Shown here: in pieces, positions 38,210 to 41,963 of the stretch
Numbering within the stretch: the stretch's first letter is position 1
Layout: the number at the start of each line of letters is the position of its first letter
Source of the DNA: Actinobacteria bacterium UBA959
GTDB taxonomy: Bacteria > Actinomycetota > Actinomycetes > S36-B12 > UBA5976
Assembly (NCBI GenBank): GCA_002293025.1
Contig: DBCL01000007.1
Location: 27,212-69,174, forward strand
DNA: 41,963 nucleotides
Reading direction: 5' to 3'
The notes under the pieces: generated by a model
What the model was told of the DNA's origin: nothing
Databases searched by the model: none
What the model saw: the letters and a program-made list of their open reading frames with translations, nothing else
Program-made: the position numbers and the translations under genes

Positions 38210-38920
38210 ATGCGTAAGTTGAGAGTGGCAGCCTTTTACCCACACCCAGACGATATGGAAAGTCAGGTAGCTGGAACTCTCCTTAAGTATGTAGAGCAAG
38301 GGCATGAAGTTCATGTCATTATTGCCATGGATGGTCGAAGAGGCCGTGGACATTTGCCAGACAATGTTTCGTGGTCAGAAATCGTTGAGTTAAGACAACA
38401 AGAAGCCATTGCGGGTGCCAAGTATTTAGGGGTTACTCCAAAATTCTTAGGCATCGAAGATCACCGCCTTCTTGAGGATAGAACTTGCTATGAGACTGTG
38501 ATAACCGAAATGGAAAATTTGAATCCAGATGTCATTTTCACATGCGCACCTAATGATTATCACAATGATCACCGCGCCTTGTCTAGATTAGTGATCAACG
38601 TTTCTTGGACCCCAGTGTTTTTCTCTGATACAAAAGCTGGGGTGGACTTTAATCCTGATTTTTATGTGGATATTACAAAGCAGTTACCTACGAAAATGAA
38701 AATGCTGATGGAGCATTCTTCACAAATGAAAGAGGATTCTGCTGAAGCCTTAACAACTTTAAATCGACTGCGGGGAATTCAATGTAGTAGATCAGACATT
38801 GTTTATGCAGAGGCCTTCAAGTTGTATAAGCGCGCTAACTGGGTAAAGGCATATGAATTGCTCCCAGATGACAACTTTGAACCACCAATTCAGATCGTGC
38901 CGACCTTAGAGAAGAACTAA
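38210..38920 (+). CDS. PIG-L/LmbE family N-acetylhexosamine deacetylase
   Basis: PHPDD, R.QEA, DYHNDH, VDIT, HSSQ, YAEAF; SD AAGGAG before ATG 38210. Confidence 0.88.
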   Translation: MRKLRVAAFYPHPDDMESQVAGTLLKYVEQGHEVHVIIAMDGRRGRGHLPDNVSWSEIVELRQQEAIAGAKYLGVTPKFLGIEDHRLLEDRTCYETVITEMENLNPDVIFTCAPNDYHNDHRALSRLVINVSWTPVFFSDTKAGVDFNPDFYVDITKQLPTKMKMLMEHSSQMKEDSAEALTTLNRLRGIQCSRSDIVYAEAFKLYKRANWVKAYELLPDDNFEPPIQIVPTLEKN

Positions 38921-38923
38921 AAC

Positions 38924-40315
38924 TTGAAGCAGCAGTCCAAACTTTGCGTTATTGGTGGGGGAGGTGTGCGCACTCCATTTGTGGCAAAGACCATTGCAAC
39001 TCAGGCGCGAGAAGCGGGAATAACAGATGTAGTTCTATTGGACAACGATCCTTCTAAATTAGCCAAATATGGCCAATTGGCTAAAGAAATTGCCTTTAGG
39101 ATTAATCCGGATCTTAATGTGAGTATGACTCAAGATCCAGAAAGCGCATTGCTAGATTGCGATTACATCATCACCACTGTAAGAGTGGGTGGTGATGCTT
39201 CTCGGCTATTAGATGAACAAATCGTTGAAGAATATGACCTACTAACACAAGAAACTACAGGTGCTTGTGGTTTTGCAATGGCTATGCGCTCAATCCCAGT
39301 ACTTATTGAATACTGCGAGTTGGCAAAACGTGTAGCTAAGCCCGACCATCTCATATTCAATTTCACCAATCCTGCTGGACTTGTGACTCAAGCTCTAAAC
39401 TCTCTGGGGTATCCAGTTTTTGGAATCTGCGATTCGCCAACTGAGTTAATTAAACAAATTACTGCAATGCTCAACGTCAAGGAATCAAGCTTTAGTTGTA
39501 ATAGTTTTGGCCTTAACCACCTCACGTGGTTTGATGATTTCCGAGTCGAAGGCAAAGATGTCACCCAGGAGGTTATTAATCATCAGGAGTTGTTTAGTAA
39601 GACCGAAATGCGAATCTTTGATAGAGATATTCTGACCTTTTCAGAAAACTATCTTTTAAACGAATACCTATACTTTTATTATTACAATAAAAAGGCAATT
39701 CGACTTGGCGGCAAAAGTGAATTTTCACGTGCTGAGTTAATCAAAGATGTCAATGTGAAAATGAATATCGAACTAGAGCAAGTTGATGTCAAAAATGAAT
39801 TTGATAAGGCCATACAGGTGTATTTTGACAATTACAATGTGCGTGAAAACAACTATCTTAAGAGCGAATCTGGCGTTGACCGCGTAAAGAAATATGAAAC
39901 TCCCACTGCTGCGGAATTTATCTCTCGTGCAGATGAGGGGGGATACGCTGGTGTGGCCTTGAATCTTATTGCTGCTATGAATGGTGCTCGTAAAGTTGAA
40001 ATGGTTCTTTCAGTTCCCAATAATGGTGCAATTCAAGAACTTAATAATGATGATGTTGTTGAAATCATGTGTGCAATCGATAGGGGAATTGTCACACCGA
40101 GAAAACAGAAAGCTATTCCGACACCAATTTTGAACCTAATTTTGACCGTAAAGGAATATGAGCGCCTAGCTGTCAAGGCAATCTTGAATAGAGATCGTGA
40201 CACAGCCATAAAGGCTCTAACTGTCAATCCGTTAGTCGCTAATCATGACATTGCTAAAGAACTAGTCGCTAAGTTTGTAGCAGCCTATGGTGATTTTGGT
40301 GGGACTTGGAAATGA
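38924..40315 (+). CDS. GH4 NAD+/Mn2+-dependent glycosidase, 6-phospho-beta-glucosidase-like
   Basis: IGGGGVRTP, RVGG, QETTGACG, NFTNPAGLVT, GICD, GLNHL, NEYLYFYY, VKEYERL. Confidence 0.9.
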   Translation: MKQQSKLCVIGGGGVRTPFVAKTIATQAREAGITDVVLLDNDPSKLAKYGQLAKEIAFRINPDLNVSMTQDPESALLDCDYIITTVRVGGDASRLLDEQIVEEYDLLTQETTGACGFAMAMRSIPVLIEYCELAKRVAKPDHLIFNFTNPAGLVTQALNSLGYPVFGICDSPTELIKQITAMLNVKESSFSCNSFGLNHLTWFDDFRVEGKDVTQEVINHQELFSKTEMRIFDRDILTFSENYLLNEYLYFYYYNKKAIRLGGKSEFSRAELIKDVNVKMNIELEQVDVKNEFDKAIQVYFDNYNVRENNYLKSESGVDRVKKYETPTAAEFISRADEGGYAGVALNLIAAMNGARKVEMVLSVPNNGAIQELNNDDVVEIMCAIDRGIVTPRKQKAIPTPILNLILTVKEYERLAVKAILNRDRDTAIKALTVNPLVANHDIAKELVAKFVAAYGDFGGTWK

Positions 40316-41268
40316 AACATTATGCAGCGGTAATTGGGCAGATGAATATTGATTTTATCTTTCAAGGAGTGAAAGCTCTGCCCAATCCTGGGGAAGAAGT
40401 TTTTGCAACTGGCTTCAAGATTTGCTTAGGTGGTGGGCCGATGGTGATTCCATATCACTTAACCAGACTTGGAGTCCCCACTCGGTTTGGCACATTCATG
40501 GGTGCAGATTTTGAGTCGAAAGTTGCACAAGACTTGCTGACAAGCCTCGACTATGCAAACATAGAAATATTGCCAGTAGAGGCAGAGCATCCGGTAGTAG
40601 CTACGAGTGTTTTATCTACCAAAGACGAGCGCTCCTTTATTTGCTATAACAGCAATGTGGATGAGTCTTCTGTTGATTCAAAAGTGTTATTAGATTTCTT
40701 CGCAGAAAGTAAAATTGCTTATTTCCCAAAGAACCTTGAAGTTGCTGCAGCCCTTGCTGCTAATGGTTGTAAATTGATATTAGATGTTTCTTGGGTTGAG
40801 AATATGACCCTTGCCAGCTTTTTTGACCGTTTAAAGTTTGTTGAGTATTTCACGCCAAATGATAAAGAAATCAAGAAATTGTGTGCTGAAAGTGATCTGC
40901 TTAAATGCCTAGACATACTTGAAGAGCATCTAGCAAATCCCATAATTAAGCTTGGCGTTAATGGTGTACTAACAAAACACAATGGTGAGTATCTGCGCGT
41001 GCCGGCGCTCTCGCAGTTTGAGTCAATTGACCCCACTGGGGCTGGAGACAATTTTCTTGCTGGGTTGATTTTTGGTTTGCATGAAGGACTTACGTTCATC
41101 GATTCGCTGAAGATGGGTAATATTGTTGGTGGACTTGCAACAGAGGTGATTGGCTGTTATCGAAGCGATTTATCCAGAGATATGGTTCTTTCACTTTTTG
41201 CTGACTATCCAGAAGTGGATGTAGTCAAAGAGTCAAAGCAATTAGACAAACTTTTGAATCGTGAATGA
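40312..41268 (+). CDS. PfkB/ribokinase family carbohydrate kinase
   Basis: LGGG, FTPNDKE, IKLGVNG, IDPTGAGDNFLAG; ATGA overlap with GH4. Confidence 0.92.
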   Translation: MKHYAAVIGQMNIDFIFQGVKALPNPGEEVFATGFKICLGGGPMVIPYHLTRLGVPTRFGTFMGADFESKVAQDLLTSLDYANIEILPVEAEHPVVATSVLSTKDERSFICYNSNVDESSVDSKVLLDFFAESKIAYFPKNLEVAAALAANGCKLILDVSWVENMTLASFFDRLKFVEYFTPNDKEIKKLCAESDLLKCLDILEEHLANPIIKLGVNGVLTKHNGEYLRVPALSQFESIDPTGAGDNFLAGLIFGLHEGLTFIDSLKMGNIVGGLATEVIGCYRSDLSRDMVLSLFADYPEVDVVKESKQLDKLLNRE

Positions 41269-41271
41269 GCG

Positions 41272-41850
41272 ATGACTTCTACAAATCATCTCGAAGGATC
41301 TCTGATCTCGTTACGTCCATTAACTTTGAGTGATTCTGTTTCACTATTTGAACACACTGGCAATGACTTGGACCTTTGGCAATGGCTTCGATACGACACC
41401 CCCACAACTCTTAGCAAAATGGAAAACATTGTCTCGAGCATTTTAACTGAGGTTTCTAATCAAACTCGTGAGGCTTTTGCTGTGATCCTCAAGAGCAGTG
41501 GAGAGGCTATTGGCTCCACCTCATTTATGGATTTTTCTAATGATAATTCTCAAGTCGAAGTTGGTGGAACTTTTTATGCAAAGAAGTTTTGGCGAACTGG
41601 GGTCAACACCGAAGCAAAGATCTTGATGTTATCTGAGGCATTTGAAGTGAGAAGGTTTCAACGGGTAATCTTCAAAACAGACAAGTTAAATCTTCGCTCG
41701 CAGACAGCCATTGAAAGACTGGGCGCTAAGTTCGATGGAATTAAAGAGCACCATATGCAACGGCTCGACGGAAGCTGGCGGGATTCGGTTTACTACTCGA
41801 TTGAAAATGACCAGTGGCCAGCCATCAAGAAGGTGCTCACAAAGGCTTGA
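41272..41850 (+). CDS. GNAT N-acetyltransferase (RimJ/RimL-like)
   Basis: IGSTSF, VEVGGTF, WRTGVNTEAK, NLRSQTAIERLGA, DGSWRDSVYYSI. Confidence 0.88.
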   Translation: MTSTNHLEGSLISLRPLTLSDSVSLFEHTGNDLDLWQWLRYDTPTTLSKMENIVSSILTEVSNQTREAFAVILKSSGEAIGSTSFMDFSNDNSQVEVGGTFYAKKFWRTGVNTEAKILMLSEAFEVRRFQRVIFKTDKLNLRSQTAIERLGAKFDGIKEHHMQRLDGSWRDSVYYSIENDQWPAIKKVLTKA

Positions 41851-41895
41851 GGGCGCAGTCAGAACTGTTTTTACCTCTGGCGTACCCTTGTCCTA

Positions 41896-41963
41896 GACGA
41901 GTTGGTTGGATGATCGCGGTGCTGTTCGAAAGAGCAGATCGAGGAAAGTCCGGACTCCAAAGA
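41896..41963 (+). ncRNA. rnpB: RNase P RNA, 5' part (truncated by window end)
   Basis: GAGTTGGTTGGATGATCGCG...GAGGAAAGTCCGGACTCCA signature; P3-like hairpin with GAAA loop; TACCCT -10-like box at 41883. Confidence 0.95.

Noticed and set aside
1-41963. CRISPR arrays, IS/integrase/prophage genes, tRNA/rRNA, defence systems
   Set aside because: No repeat-spacer arrays, recombinase motifs or cloverleafs seen; nearly all sequence is explained by the called genes

Overview
Compact, AT-leaning (roughly low-40s % GC by eye, not computed) actinobacterial chromosome segment. Kgd, WhiB1, PdtaS, bL37, SodN and the Nif3-DUF164-rnhA-rnpB block mark it as Actinomycetota; small intergenic spaces and many apparent leaderless genes suggest a streamlined, possibly freshwater Nanopelagicales-like lineage (inference). 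It is mostly housekeeping: rsgA-aroA-SRAP, cysK-cysE, pdtaS/whiB1, sodN/sodX, tldD/tldE, kgd, rmuC, ndh, trmB, yajQ, a malEFG-amylase operon and the 5' end of RNase P RNA. No mobile elements, CRISPR, tRNA or rRNA were seen. Features absent from the ORF track: partial rsgA, bL37, a leaderless Cys-rich leader peptide ahead of cysK-cysE, a DMT gene remnant, a perfect CRP box at whiB1 and a candidate structured small RNA downstream of trmB. The best candidate for an undescribed system is an insert between rnhA and rnpB (ABC transporter + PIG-L deacetylase + GH4 phospho-beta-glucosidase + PfkB kinase) that looks like a PTS-independent counterpart of the chb chitobiose pathway. No searches or folding programs were run; family calls rest on motifs read from the translations.
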